NCBI RefSeq assembly: GCF_006345805.1
Contig: NC_043001.1
Coordinates: 67,146,001 to 67,210,000, forward strand
Direction of reading: 5' to 3'
Origin: Octopus sinensis
Taxonomy: Eukaryota
DNA length: 64,000 nucleotides
The notes beneath the pieces are model-generated. The model made no database searches, was not told the DNA's origin, and worked only from the letters and a program-made list of their open reading frames with translations. This document shows, piece by piece, positions 48,590 through 63,345 of the stretch (positions are counted from its first letter, which is position 1; every line of letters begins with the position of its first letter). Made by a program: the position numbers and the translations under genes.

Positions 48590-50610
48590 TGCAAGATCCA
48601 GGGATCGAGGTGTTGGAAGAAAGTTAGCTTTGAGTACTCTATAGTGAATGTAAAAAAACAACTTTCAGGAACAATAGTGGCTTATTGAGATAGTTGTGGA
48701 TTTTTTCTTGTATCAAAGATCAATGAGTTGAAAAAAAAGTTCTTTTTATATTCTTCAGTATGCAACCATGGTTGCTGAGTGTGCGAAAAAGAATAAATAA
48801 AATAAAATATAGGGGAACGAGAGAAAGGAGGTTATTGGATGGGTTGGCAGTAGATAATATAGTAGTTGTAGCTTAATCACAGAATTCAGAAGTGGGATTG
48901 GTATTTGAAGAGAAGTGTGCAGGAGAGGGTGGGGAAATATTTTTGGTCATGGGGGACCAAAAAAGGTATGTATGAATAAAGCCAAGAAGGGTGAGGCATG
49001 GCTAGTGGTTTTATGGTCAAAAGGCGTAAATTGGTACAAGAAAATATGAAAAATTGAATGAAGTATGTATGGTGAAGGTGTAGGAGGGAGTACAAATATA
49101 AGGAGAGAAGACTATTTTAGGTAGTAAGTAAAAAATCCGATAGAAAATTGTAATTGACGATTAAGGAATTAAAAGGGGAGATAAGATATTGTTGGTTTAA
49201 TATGTAGTGGTAGTGAAGGCGAATGAGTGGGAAAAGAATATATGAGAGTTATGAGGAGATAAGAGCAGGGTGAGGTTGTAATTATTTGCATTCTGTAATC
49301 CTTGTGTAGTTGTTTGAGTATTACTTCTCTGTATTTGTCCAAAGAACTACACAAGGACTACAGAATTGTACCTGACTCAGCATTAAAAGAAATCAACCAC
49401 AAAAATAGAGATCTCATCTTCAAACTTGGACTAGAGGACAGAACTGAACCTTTCACAACTCACCCACCCCATATCAGCTTGAAGGCTCACAAAGAAAACT
49501 TTGTAGCAAATCCTCCCGTCCACCTCATCTGCCCCTCCAGTTCTGATATAAGTAAGATTAGTAAGATTATACTCAACTGAATAATTATTTCTTTATTGCC
49601 CACAGGGGGCTAAACATAGAGGGAACAAACAAGGACAGAGAAAGGGATTAAGTCGATTACATTGACCCCAGTGCATAAATGGTACTTATTTAATTGACCC
49701 TGAAAGAATGAAAGGCAAAGTCAACCTTGGCAGAATTTGGACTCAGAATCTAATGGCACATGAAATACTGCTAAGCATTTCGCCTGGCGTGCTAACAATT
49801 CTGCCAGCTCGCCACCTTAAAACTTGATTGAATAACACCCCAACTGCACATCACTTCCTCACTAAAACTCTGGACCAAAACCACTGAAGCTATCCAGTGG
49901 TTCAAGTATCTATGCCCTAAGCACTCCCTTAAATTTATACAAGTCAACATTGATCAATACTACCCCAGCATTTCTCCTTTTCTTCTTAATAAGGTTCCAA
50001 TTTTTGCCAAGGAATATTCCAATCTATCTCATGGAGATATCGACATTATACTAGCAGCCCACTGAAATATATCTTTTGATAGGAAATCCTGGGTCCCCAA
50101 AGAGACATCTGCCCAAGTTACTGAGCTTGTTGGACTCTACCTACTTAATGGTCTCCATGAACAATTTCCCAACATCTCTGGTGGTCTATACAGAGATGAC
50201 ACTTTGTTCATTATCCAAGATTCTAGTAACTGGATAATGGAACAAACTAAAAAAAGATTAAGAAGCTTCTTTAAAAACGTTGGGCTCAGCATCTCTTTCT
50301 GTAACAATGTCAAAATGGCTAATTTCTTAGATGTTACCCTGGGCTTACAAAACCAAACCTTCTATCCATATCCTAAACCTAGAGGAAACCTCCACTACAT
50401 GAACTTCTCCTCCAACCCACATCCATCCTAAAATCTTTTGTAGAAATCATGTCCTACTGGATCTTCTCATTATCTGTTCCCTACAACGTGCTGGGTATAG
50501 ACATTCAACTGAATACATCCTCACGTGGGACATCACTCTCTCAACTAAACCTAGATCAAAAAAACAGTTCCTCCAGTCCTTTAGATAATCACTGTCCCCC
50601 TAAAAATATG
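48590..50610 (+). mobile_element. Penelope-like element, degraded: RT on + (49340-50560), inverted upstream segment (48590-49340), interrupted by SINE B (49587-49817)
   Basis: 'HISLKAHKENFVANPPVHLICPSSSDISKIS', 'SAQVTELVGLYLL', 'GGLYRDDTL', 'NFLDVTL' and 'YPKP...SSNPHP'. Confidence 0.85.
49587..49817 (-). mobile_element. SINE family B, full length
   Basis: Colinear with 10909-11137. Confidence 0.88.
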
Positions 50611-50698
<88 letters not shown>

Positions 50699-50847
50699 CA
50701 TACACACACATATAAGACTAATATAACACAAGAATGGAAATTACCAGACTTTAATAACAAATCACAACATTTGTTTCTGCACTGGACAGCAGCTTTAAGT
50801 TGCTGTGTTTACATTAATACATCATTAAATAAGATAACTCTTTAGAA

Positions 50848-50905
50848 TTATTACATAATTAGATATTTTTCAACATCAGTTGTGAGTGGATGCTTCCTCA
50901 GGTGG
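50848..50905 (-). ncRNA. Decayed hammerhead motif at the inferred 3' end of the minus-strand PLE
   Basis: CCAC-CUGAGGA-AGCAUC(loop)GAUGUU-GAAA... Core and 6-bp stem II are intact; stems I and III are degraded. Confidence 0.45.
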
Positions 50906-53619
50906 AATGAAATCAAGTACAGTTGGATTTTTTGAATTTCCTCAGATTACCATGTCTATAATTCTCCACCAAACAGTTCATTAGATTTAAGGTGACACAT
51001 ATTGTTGTAGTAACATAAAAACAAATATGAAAGTAATATCACAATAACAGTACCAACAACAGTAACAGAAAAACGGCAACCTTAATGAAACTGACAGTAA
51101 TAAAAATAATAGAACTAAACCTATTTAAATGATAGTTATAATAAAATAAAATTACGGGTGGTAATAACATTGCAATAAGATAAAAATGAAATAAAACTGA
51201 AGCTGGTTTTTACCATACAGAAGAGAAACTGTGTCAATGGGTTAAAATAAAATAAATTTACAAGGGACTGTTTTGATTTCTATGCTATCTTTTTACAACC
51301 CTAGACATCTCTTTTGAATTATATATTATTTTTAGGCTTTCAGGCCCTATAAAAATCCCAGTTACTAAATTACAAACTTACTTTCTTTCCCATATTTTAT
51401 ATGTATTTTCTCATTTGCTACCTTTGTTTTCTACCCAGTTTTATATCTTTATCTCACACTTACAAACTTACAGATCTACATATACACTAATATTTTGTAC
51501 ATACTTCTATTTTCCCACCACTAATCAATGTCCTGTCTTCCATTCTCTAAATGTTAGATTCTTTACTACCAATGTAAATCTACTACTAAAACAAAACCAC
51601 AACTAAAAAATATACTAGCTTATTTTAGCTGCATTTTATGGCAAAAACCTAAATTCTTCTCTAGATTATTCTTGTCACACAATTTTATCAGTGTTTTCAT
51701 ATTTTTTGTGACCATTTAAATTCACATTCAAATGACAATTTTGATTTGATGATCTAAATGCTCACCTTACATTATATTTATGATATAATGAAATATTCTT
51801 TTCTACTCTGGACATAAGGCCCGAAATTTTGCGGGAGGAGGCCAGTTGATTAGATCAACCCCAGTATGCAACTGGTAACTAATTTATTGACCCTGAAAGG
51901 ATGAAAGGCATAGTCAACCTAAGCAGAATTGAATTATCTATGTCCTTATGAACACCATATATTTTACCACATTCTACATATATATTTTCTATAATTTATA
52001 TTTTATACTCTATGACCATCTCTGATTTATATGCCACTGTGTAGCTATTATCACTATTATATCACTTTAATCTTCCCCCAAATTATTACAATTAATTCTC
52101 TAAATAATTCGCTGGGTATACTAACTTGTAACAATCACTGCTATACATATTACAAATTTCATTTTGAGAGAATACATTTAACCTTCTTTCTGAGGATATT
52201 AAATCAATTTCCAGGATTTTAACTTTCCATGAAACATTATATTAACATTATTTGATTAACATTGGGTCTTTTATATTATTGCAATTAACAGAGGATTATA
52301 ATCGACATACACAAATTTTTATAATCATTTGTTAGCTCATTATTACTAGCCATTTGCCTATTTGATTATAATTGACTGACACAAATTATTCTCATTCTTT
52401 AACATCTACTACATATGTTACTTTATATAATCGTTTTGATACACTTGCATTATTTCGGGTCATCTACTTAGATGATTATAGTTGACTTATAGTAATTATT
52501 ACAATTCTTTTCCATATACAATTTATATAAATTTTATAATGACTTTGCAAAAAACAATGTTAACTTGTTATTACGAGTCATCTATTTGCAGGACAACAAA
52601 TGACATACAATTTATAACAATTCTTTTAACAGGCATGCAAACAACAATTCTAACCTGTCATCCCCTGTAACCCATTTATTTTAATGAACATTTTGATGTA
52701 AATAATTTAATTTGGAATTTTAAAAAATTTCTTACATTATTTTTTCAAACCCTATAAAAAAACTTTTTAGTTTATGGTTACACATAAGTATAACCTCAGA
52801 ATACTTATTAATTAATTTTCCCTTACATAAAATTATTTCTTGAGTTTCCTTCAGGTATAAGTTGCATATTGTAGACTGTGCATCATATGGTTTAGCATTC
52901 TGCAATACCAACCATATAGCTACATAACCTATCTATTTCCTTTCCAGTTTCCACACAATGTCCATGAGTGAGGTGCATTAACTTTTGCACCCATTAGAAA
53001 ATGATGCAACAGTTTCTAAAGTAGATTTTGAAGGTGGCATTTGTTGCACCTATATATGTATGTATGTATGTGTCTTTGTTTCCACTATACATTTATATAT
53101 GTTCTTTCTCAAACAGTAATTCTCCAGAGGACATGCATTTTTGTTTCTGAAGTTGCACTTTTTCATTTCATTTTTTGTAATTTGTCTTTCTCTGACTTAA
53201 TTCATATTCCTATTTCATTTTACATTGTGCATATTGGTGTAGTTGTTATTGTCTTTTCTGTCTCGATTGTTCCTAAGTATTTATCTGTAACTCCATCTCC
53301 ATTTGTTTCTGTTCAATTTCCTTAGTCCTTTCTCCCATCTGTTCCAATGTTGCCATTTATATTAGGATTTTCAGAACAGTTATTAACTTGGCCTTCACAA
53401 TGATCTTCTATCCCATCCACTGGATCTGAACTATTTTGAGTTCTGCTTTCAGATTTTAACTTATTTGGCTTTTTATTGTTTAGTCTGTGCATATAGTAGT
53501 CAAGGTTGTGGGATGTCACATATGACAATTTCACCCTATGCCAGTTAAAGATCTTATAATATCTACTAGATCTAAGAAAATGCCTATCTAATCTCTTTAA
53601 ACCATTTCAATCCTTAAAC

Positions 53620-53995
53620 TATGGCCAGACTGGGGCACCACCTTGAATTTTTTTTCCTTTGGTTGAATGAAATGACCCTCATCATTTCCTTTAAAGCCTG
53701 GTACTTATTCTATCAATTTCTTTGCTAAACCATTAAATTATGGGGACGTAAACACACCAATACCATTTGTCAAGTGGCAGTGGGGAACAGATGCAGATAC
53801 AAAGATGCACGCACACACACACACAAACATATATATTTTATAGGCTTCTTTCAGTTTCCATCTACCAAATCCCCTCACAAGGCTTTGGTCAGCCTGAAGC
53901 TATAGTACAAGACACTTACCTAAAGTGCCACACAGTGGGACTGAACCTGAAGCCAATGTGGTCAGGAAGCAAACTTCTTACCACACAGCAATGCA
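53620..53995 (-). mobile_element. SINE family A, diverged copy
   Basis: Similar to the reverse complement of 428-819. Confidence 0.8.
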
Positions 53996-54999
53996 TGCAC
54001 CAAAAAATTCATGAGCAATTTTGGATTTGACTTGTAATCCAAGTACTAGATTAAACCATAATATGCCATCTTTATCTGATGTATTATTGGATTTAGTGTA
54101 ACCATTCAAGTTTCGGCTATAGCCTTTTCTATTCAGATTAAATTTGGTGATTTTATTCTTAACTGTTATTTTCTTCTCTCTGTCATTATGAGTATTTTCA
54201 TCTATTCTTTTTCGACATTTATCTTGCCACTGTTTTTTTACCTCTGTACTTTTTACCCTACTTCTTATATGCTTATCCACATAATTTTTCCTTTTAACTC
54301 TATATCCATTTTTATATCTATTCATTAGTCTATTATTAGGTGACTATTTAATTTTGTCTTTATATATTCCGCTCTAATTAGTATTATGTTGCGGTGCTCA
54401 GCATGTGCATTAAATATTGTTTCATTTGCAGATAGTCCTAAAATTCTATCTGATACACTTTTTGCTATACATTTTAGTACTGAATGTGAATGATTTTAGT
54501 TTTTACTGACATTATTTTAAATTTCGTTTGGTTTGTGAAAAGATTCAAACATTTCTGTGTTTAGGTTAATCACTACATCTAAGAAATTCATTACTCTATG
54601 GTCATTTTCAATTGTTATAGATAGCCCTAATGTTTTGAATAATTTGAACAGTTCCTTCTTACATCTTTCCAATTCCACTTTGCTACAATTTTCTATTAGG
54701 AATAAGGCATCATCCTTATATAACCCTCCCTCCCACTAGGCTAGGAATCCAAGATTCAATCAGAAGAAGTACATAGATACCAACAAGATTGGTGACTTGC
54801 AACAAGTTGCTCAATCCCATTGTTATATTGAAATAATCATTCCTATCCAATTGTATCCATAGTTTTTCATTATAATCATTTATTGTGCTATGTGAGGCTA
54901 ATATAATGTCAATTTTGTGTCTAGGTAAGTCCAAATTGCATTTTGCAAATGATAGTGCTTTGTATTTTCCATCCTCATGTTATATTATTCTTATATTAA

Positions 55000-56317
<1,318 letters not shown>

Positions 56318-57086
56318 TGTTTTGTTAAGCCAATGTACACTGTTTATCTGACTTATGCTAGTAATATTATTCCTACAGTAATACTGCAGGACTGTTCTGC
56401 CCATAAATAAACAGTCCTTGCTTTAAAGCAGCTGATGTAAATATACACTGAACTGTTGTTACACACTGTGTGCTGATCTCAAATGAGATGACTACCATTG
56501 GTGAAGCATAGTTGCCAGATAAACAGACCCTGTCATGGTGTTAATTCATCCTGTCTTCTGGCATGTCACACACCACTGCCATGCCTTCAACTCCATTGAT
56601 CTGTTTGGTTCTTCCATACCCTCCACTATTCCAGGTTTTGTGTGTTTAGGAATAGACATTACAACCCTTAAGTATAGTCATTCAATTCACTCATGTAGTT
56701 TAGCTGATCAGTTCAAACCAAGGAATCAGGGCATGGTAACTGCCATACACTGGAACAAACGTTTTTTATTATTTACATATCTGTCTAATCATTAGCAAAA
56801 CACACAGAATGGGGAGTTCAGAATCCCTTAGTCAAATCTGATGTGTTTCTTCATGTTATTTTCTTTCTTTTTTCCTGCTGGCTTGCTGTGATGAACTACA
56901 AATGCCTAATGTTGTTCTCTTTCTTTTTTTCTCCTTTTCTCCTTTGTCTCTATATCTTTGATAAGTTGTGACAATTCACAAGCACTGCCCAAACAGCCCA
57001 AACATCTAACAGAGCTTCCTGATTGGGGTGTAATGGTAAATTTCTTTAAATGTAAACATTGGTCCAGCAAAAATCCATGAATGTCA

Positions 57087-57223
57087 AATGTCTGATGAAT
57101 CATATGCATGGAACAGAGGCATGCTTAAGATCCATAGATATTATGAATAATATTTAATAATATCCTATGGAAGTGAGAATATCTTCATAAATGAATATGG
57201 TATGCAGAAATATATGTCACAAT
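57087..57223 (+). ncRNA. Type I hammerhead motif with a long stem II insertion, partly decayed
   Basis: UGU-CUGAUGA-AUCAUAU...AUAUGGU(AUGCA)-GAAA-U-AUAU-GUC/ACA, with an internal hairpin UCCAUAG..CUAUGGA. About 140 bp upstream of (TA)n. Confidence 0.55.
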
Positions 57224-57360
57224 AAATTAATAAAGCATAGAATTTTCAATCAGAAGTCATTTTCATTATTACCATCCTATGGGAATAACAGGTGGTACGC
57301 AACAAGAAGAAGCATAGGAGCTTTTACAAGCACATTCAGAGGCATTTGCCCTAAACAAAT

Positions 57361-57398
<38 letters not shown>

Positions 57399-57959
57399 GT
57401 ATTCTAAAGTTTCTAAAGTTTTTAGAACTGCTGATATAGCCAGGGGAAAAGGGTTTTCAATTTAGTTGTATTTAGCATAATTTCATTTACTTATGATTAG
57501 ATTTTATTAAATTTTCATTTAATAAAAATAATTTCTGTTTAACAGGTATCACATTAAAAGCTATTAAATTACAAAGTGTTTGGGTTGTTTATAATAAACT
57601 TTATTTTACATTTCTTGCCCACAAGAGATTATGTCCAATCTTTAGCATACTGCTGTATGTTTTCTCAAATCACGATCACAGGAAAAGTTGTTGATAAGAT
57701 TTACCAACAAAAACAAAGCTGATAAATATGCATAAGTATTGCAAGTTAAGTTTAATTACCAATAAACATTAGCCTGGATGACATTTTACTCAACCAACAG
57801 AAGAAGGTGACCAATCAAACAGATTATATAAACAGAATTCTTTTCAGCCTATTCTTGTTAGAACCTTTGATACAGTGTATCAAAATTTTAATCTCTTTCA
57901 CACTTATAAAATGTCAAGCAAACTTAAAAATTTGTCATTACCATCATTATTAGTATGGG

Positions 57960-58626
57960 CAGAACTTATGAATTGTTTACTGTGAAGGAGAAATTAAATA
58001 TATTGAATATGCATCTGAACATGGCAGCAGAGCTGCCAGAAGGCATTTTAATGTTAATGAAGCCAATGTTTGAAATTGGTGTAAACAGTATGACAAACTT
58101 AAAACTGTGCCTAGTAATAAACAGGCAAAAATAAAAACATACACACAAGATTATCCATATCACTATGTATGTCAATGGTTCTCCATTGCGATAGGTAGAA
58201 ACTCCAAGCAATGTAAAAATAGGCCTGGACCGTAGTTAACCATTTAATTGTTTTAGTAAATTTATAGGGTGAAGGTAAAGAATATGCATACCACCCATTT
58301 TGGGCGTAACCCTAACTCTAACCTTAAACACCGGGTGTGCGTATTCTTTACCTGCACCAATTTATACAGAAAAAGTAAGCATTATACTGTTCAGCATAAA
58401 TAAAAGTCAACTTCATTATATTTAAGCCATTATTTTTTCTGTAAAAACCCATTCTGATTTTAAATGAGTCAACTTCCAGTATGAATGTTTATGTTTTGTA
58501 TGTTTTTTTTTCAACAAAAAAATTTCCAAACAAATTCTGGAAACAATCTATTCCTGTAATTTATGCACCCACTAAAGTTTATTTTTATTTTTGCAAAAAA
58601 AGTGTGTAAATTACATGGGTTTTTAC

Positions 58627-58630
<4 letters not shown>
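57960..58630 (+). mobile_element. pogo-like transposon relic (Brinker-type DNA-binding N-terminus), ending in TTTACGG-TA
   Basis: Remnant 'FTVKEKLNI.EYASEHGSRAARRHFNVNEANV.NWCKQ' resembles BrkDBD/POGK N-termini. Confidence 0.6.
58268..58358. mobile_element. 91-bp MITE with ~25-bp TIRs, internal telomere-like repeats and an ~9-bp TSD
   Basis: GGTGAAGGTAAAGAATATGCATACC / GGTGTGCGTATTCTTTACCTGCACC. Inner TAACCCTAACTCTAACC. Flanks AATTTATAG / AATTTATAC. Confidence 0.8.
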
Positions 58631-58674
<44 letters not shown>

Positions 58675-59111
58675 TACAGGCAAATATCTACACATATGCA
58701 CACACACACATATACATACACTTGTAAACAATAACATTGTTTTGTGCAGTTAATTCATGCTTATAAAGTTTATAAATGAATGTGATTATTACATGAAATG
58801 GCCAGGTTGTGGTGGTAGTGGATTAATTGACAGAATCATTAGGACATTGAACAAAATGAGTTCTAGTATTGAGTTACAGTTCTATACATTCTGAGTTCAA
58901 ATCTCAAGGAATCAACAAGGGAGCCTATTGCTATTTAGTAAAATTTTTAACCACACTGCCACACTATTCACCATCAAAGATATAACAGAAAGAGTATGTG
59001 TGTGTTATTTACACATAGAGGTGACAGGTTCAGAGGAATGTTGTCAGGACACTTAGAATGAAGAACTTAAAAGAAGCCTAAGAATCAAGGTTTTTAATCA
59101 ATTATCTTTTT

Positions 59112-59475
59112 ATCTTTTACTTGTTTCAATCATTAGACCACAACCATGCCGGGGCATCAACTTAAAGAATATTTAGTGAAATAAAAGCTTGGTACTTATT
59201 CTGTTGGTCTCTTTTGCTGAACTGCTAAGTTACAGGGATGTAAACACACCAACATTGGTTGTCAAGTGGTGGTAGGGGGACAAACACAGACACAAAGACA
59301 CACACACACACGACAGGCTTCTTTCCATTTCCATCTATGAAATCCACTCACAAGGCCTTGGTCAGCCCGAGGCTATAGTAGAAGACACTTGCCCAAGGTG
59401 CCACACAGTGGGACTGAATACTGAACCATGTGGTTGGGAAACAAGCTTTTTATCACAAAGCCATGCCAGTGCCTA
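59112..59475 (-). mobile_element. SINE family A
   Basis: Similar to the reverse complement of 428-819. Confidence 0.85.
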
Positions 59476-60867
59476 TGAAAAGTAATGTGCCTACATCTCA
59501 CAAGCAAAATATATTTTGTTGGACTCAAAAGCATTGATTGCTCATTCATACATTAGTACATACATATATACAAGATAGTTATCTACTTGTTAGATGAGCA
59601 TGACCATCACTGACAACTGCCAGCAATGCCTGTGCAAGTGTCTTAAGTCAAATGCAGCTTGCACAACACCACAATGACTCTTAGTAGCAATACCAAGAAG
59701 CTCAGAGACAAGCAAAGTGCAAGATATCCATCTAAGTAGAACAGCGGGCTTTTATACATACATGCATTACATATATATACATGCATTACATACATTTATT
59801 CATTTACATCAACAAAATGACACCCTACCAGACAAAATAGCAAGAAATCAAGTTGTAACTCTTTGATTGATTATACTGCAGAAAGCTTATATTTCAGTAA
59901 GAGAATTAGAAGCTAAAACAAAAACCAAAATGGTCTGAGCCACCGGAATTGGCAATATTTGATTTCTTGTGTAAAATCTTTTCCATCTTCATTGGATTTG
60001 TCTCTCATTAACTCAGTCATCATTAACTTTAATTATGTTGCCTGTGTTGTGGTTATTTGACCTGTAGGACTGGAAATTAGTAGGTTGCAGATTAAAAAGT
60101 CACATATTGTTGACACTAGCATCGCCACCACCATCATCATCACTCCAGGACTAACATTGTTACAACCAACATCACTATCATAACTACTGCAGCTACAACA
60201 ATCACCACCACACCTGCCACCACACCTACCACTCCTTCAACCACATACAATGAGCAAAATAGCTACCAAATGCAAAAATAGTCTTTGAGACGGGGGGGGG
60301 GGATACTGAATATAATTACTAACACATGTTAATTTTCTTTTGTAATGAAATTATTGATTTTATTCTATTTAAAATTCAGTTATTATCAAAAAAATTAATC
60401 AAGTAGAAAATATCTTCTTTATTGTTAGACATGAATAAATACATGTAAATTTTCATGTCTCTCTCTTGTGCTCTCTCTCTCCCTCTCTCTCTTCCTCTCT
60501 CATTTTCTCACCCTATTTTCCCCTCCTTGATCGTCTCTCTTCCTTTCTCTCCAGATATGCATCAGTGTATGTGCATGTGTGTGTATGTATATTTATATGT
60601 ATAAATACGCAGGCATGTGCACACACACACGTACAAACATGCAAGAATGACTGCATGGTTAAAAAGTTCAGTCCCCCAAACATATTTCAAGTTCAGTTCC
60701 AATATGCAGCACCTACAGTAACCCTGTGGCTAGGACCCCATGCATGCACAGGAAGGGTTGCATCACCTCCCAACCAAAGGATTTTTTCCATGTGGCACTA
60801 GTTTTGGCAGGAAATATAAAGTCGAATATGTTTTGAACGCACCTCATATGTATGGCTATTTATCTCT

Positions 60868-61237
60868 CTATGTACATGTAAGTACACATGAGTATCTATG
60901 TGACTGAGCGTATCTAAGTACATATGAGTATGTGGGTATCAATGTAATGATGTATATAGGCTTATACGTAAGTATCTAAGTACCAATGAGTAAACACAGT
61001 ATCTATTGTCTATGTACACGTAAGTATCAATGTATCTATGTACCCATGAGTACACATGAATATCTATGCATCTATGTACACATGAATTTACAAAAGTACC
61101 TATACAGTAATGTATGCATGACTATGTACACATGAATACACATGAGTATCTATGCATCTATATACAAGCACACATGAGTACTGATGTATCTGAGCACATG
61201 ATTATAGATAGGTATTGATGTACACAAGGGTACACAT
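60868..61237. repeat. Degenerate minisatellite (TATGTACACATGAGTATC-like unit)
   Basis: Multiple recurrences of (G)TACACATGAG/AA-TATC. Confidence 0.7.
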
Positions 61238-62038
61238 CTAACCCTATACTATCCCTTTACCATATGGTCGTTGGGGCTTTCGTTGATGACATTATAATTA
61301 GATTTTGCCATTTCTCTGTTTTCTGCTGCTCTTAGTGAGTCAGTGTAAAAGGGCCCACAGGAATATACTGAATACAAGGAACCTATGTTGATGTTTATGT
61401 AGAATATTCCAAATGTTCAATTAACTAAACTCATGGAATTAGCATGCATATTCCACAGACACCTGTAGTTGGAATGCCTCCTCATGTAGACTCAGTATGA
61501 CTGTATGAATGGAAAAACTGGATATTTTGAATTACAGTCAATTCACACAGTTTCTGTTGATGTAATTTTGCTGACAAAGTCTGGGGCAGCCTGAACCTAT
61601 AGCTAAAAATACATGCCATGATGCCACTGAACTGAACAGGATTGAAACTGAGACAAGATGTTCATGAAGGGAATTATTTAATCACTCAACTATATAGATG
61701 CACTCACACATATAAGTAAATATATTAATACACATCATGCATGAATACACAGACACTCACACACACTTATATAATTACACATACATATAAATAAATACAT
61801 GTACACATAGTGAGAGCATACACATATACACTCAAAGAAACAAGTACACAAATACACAGATTTACATAATTACATACATAAATGCACACATACACACAAA
61901 GTAAGTTTTCAGTTCAAATTATTTTTCTCTTACTTAATTCTGACAGTTTGTCTATCTGTTTCATGTAAGCATGATTTATTTTATACATGTGTGTATGTGC
62001 ATGTATGTTTGTTCACATTTATACACACATAGATGCAT

Positions 62039-62079
<41 letters not shown>

Positions 62080-62364
62080 ATTACTATTACAAACCTGTTA
62101 TCTTTAAGAGAGCATTATAGAAGTGACATTGTTCTGTTTGTAGGAAATTATGAACCAAAGAAGCCACAATTTAATAGTTCAACTTGCCAGAAATATCAGC
62201 CAAAGTCTTTTAAATCATAAACAACAGCTTTGAAAAAGGAAGGACATATTTTATAGAGCAGTTTTCAGTCATACATATACACAAAACCTGAATAATTATT
62301 TCAGAATGAATTTAATTTGTATTTATTTAATTCACTGAAAATTGTTTCAATTTCCTAAACATGG

Positions 62365-62712
62365 AGCAGGCAAGGATATGTGGTAAGAAGTTTGCTGCCC
62401 AAACACATGGTTTCAGGTTCAGCCCCACAGCATAGCACCTTGTGTAAGCATCTTCTGCTAAAGCCTTATTAGTGGATTTGGTAGATAGAATATGAATGGC
62501 CATGGGATTGCACCTAGAAAGTTACCTTCTGAGGCACAAGTCTGGATAGGATTGTTTATGGAAGACCAGCAGTCACCCATGCATACCATGCCATCAATGT
62601 TATTCAAGGGAAAGACAAAGGTCAGTACAGCTTGTCACTAGTGACGCCACAACTCATTTCTACAGCTGAGTGAACTGGAGCAACATAAAACAAAGTGTCT
62701 TGCTCAAGAACA
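62365..62712. mobile_element. SINE A head (+, 62365-62490) abutting a SINE C body (-, 62495-62712)
   Basis: Similar to 428-570 and to the reverse complement of 18225-18455. Confidence 0.7.
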
Positions 62713-63074
62713 CACACATATATATATATACATACATATGGGCATAACGATACACATATATGCAACTACCTTTATATACATACATGTTTAGAAAGAAACA
62801 TTACAGTACTATTTCTAACATGTTGAGCAACCATGTGAAAACTCCTTTCTTGAAATTATAACAACAACACTTATTAAAGAAACATCCCTCCACACATTTT
62901 AATCTGTGTGGTTGACATTCCTTTGTGTTCTTCAAAGGTCTACAATTAAAGGATAGTGAGCCTGTTTCTGACACAGTGGAGGTTTTCCATGTTATGAGTT
63001 GGTCCCTTACAGGTTCCTGTAATGAGTGTGGAGTATGTATGGTTTAGGCATCTTGTTAACATTTATGTTGTTTA

Positions 63075-63345
63075 TCCAATTGGACAGGGTGTTAACTTCA
63101 CAACCATTGTGTTCAGCAATACAAAACCTTAAGATCAGAACTACAGTGTGCAATAGTACAGGGCCCTAACCTCAGAACCATTGTATCTAATAGTTCAGGG
63201 CCTTAGCCTTACAATCAGTCAATCACCAGAGTACAAGATGTTAACTTCATAACCAGTGTATAAGTAGGAGTACAAGACTTTAACCTATCAACTAGCATAT
63301 AATCAGGAGTATAAGATGATAACCTTGCAACTAGTGTACCAATCA
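63075..63345. repeat. Degenerate ~37-40-bp tandem repeat
   Basis: Recurring AACCA(T/G)TGT...AGTACA(A/G)G...TTAACCT units, about 7 copies. Confidence 0.55.

Larger units (their letters stand above)
50715..54960 (-). mobile_element. Penelope-like element, degraded (RT ~54960-54400; GIY-YIG ~53170-52820; long AT-rich 3' region)
   Basis: Minus-strand remnants 'YFNITMG...QVTNLVGIY', 'GLYKDDALF', 'FLDVVINL', 'CNFRNKNACPLENYCL...IGAT..TFK' and 'ICNL.LKE'. Interrupted by SINEs at 53620-53995 and 51800-51930. The 3' extent is inferred. Confidence 0.75.

Noticed and set aside
48645-48765. Possible decayed hammerhead (CUGAAGA...GAAA) in the inverted PLE segment
   Set aside because: The position is suggestive, but stems I-III do not pair convincingly.
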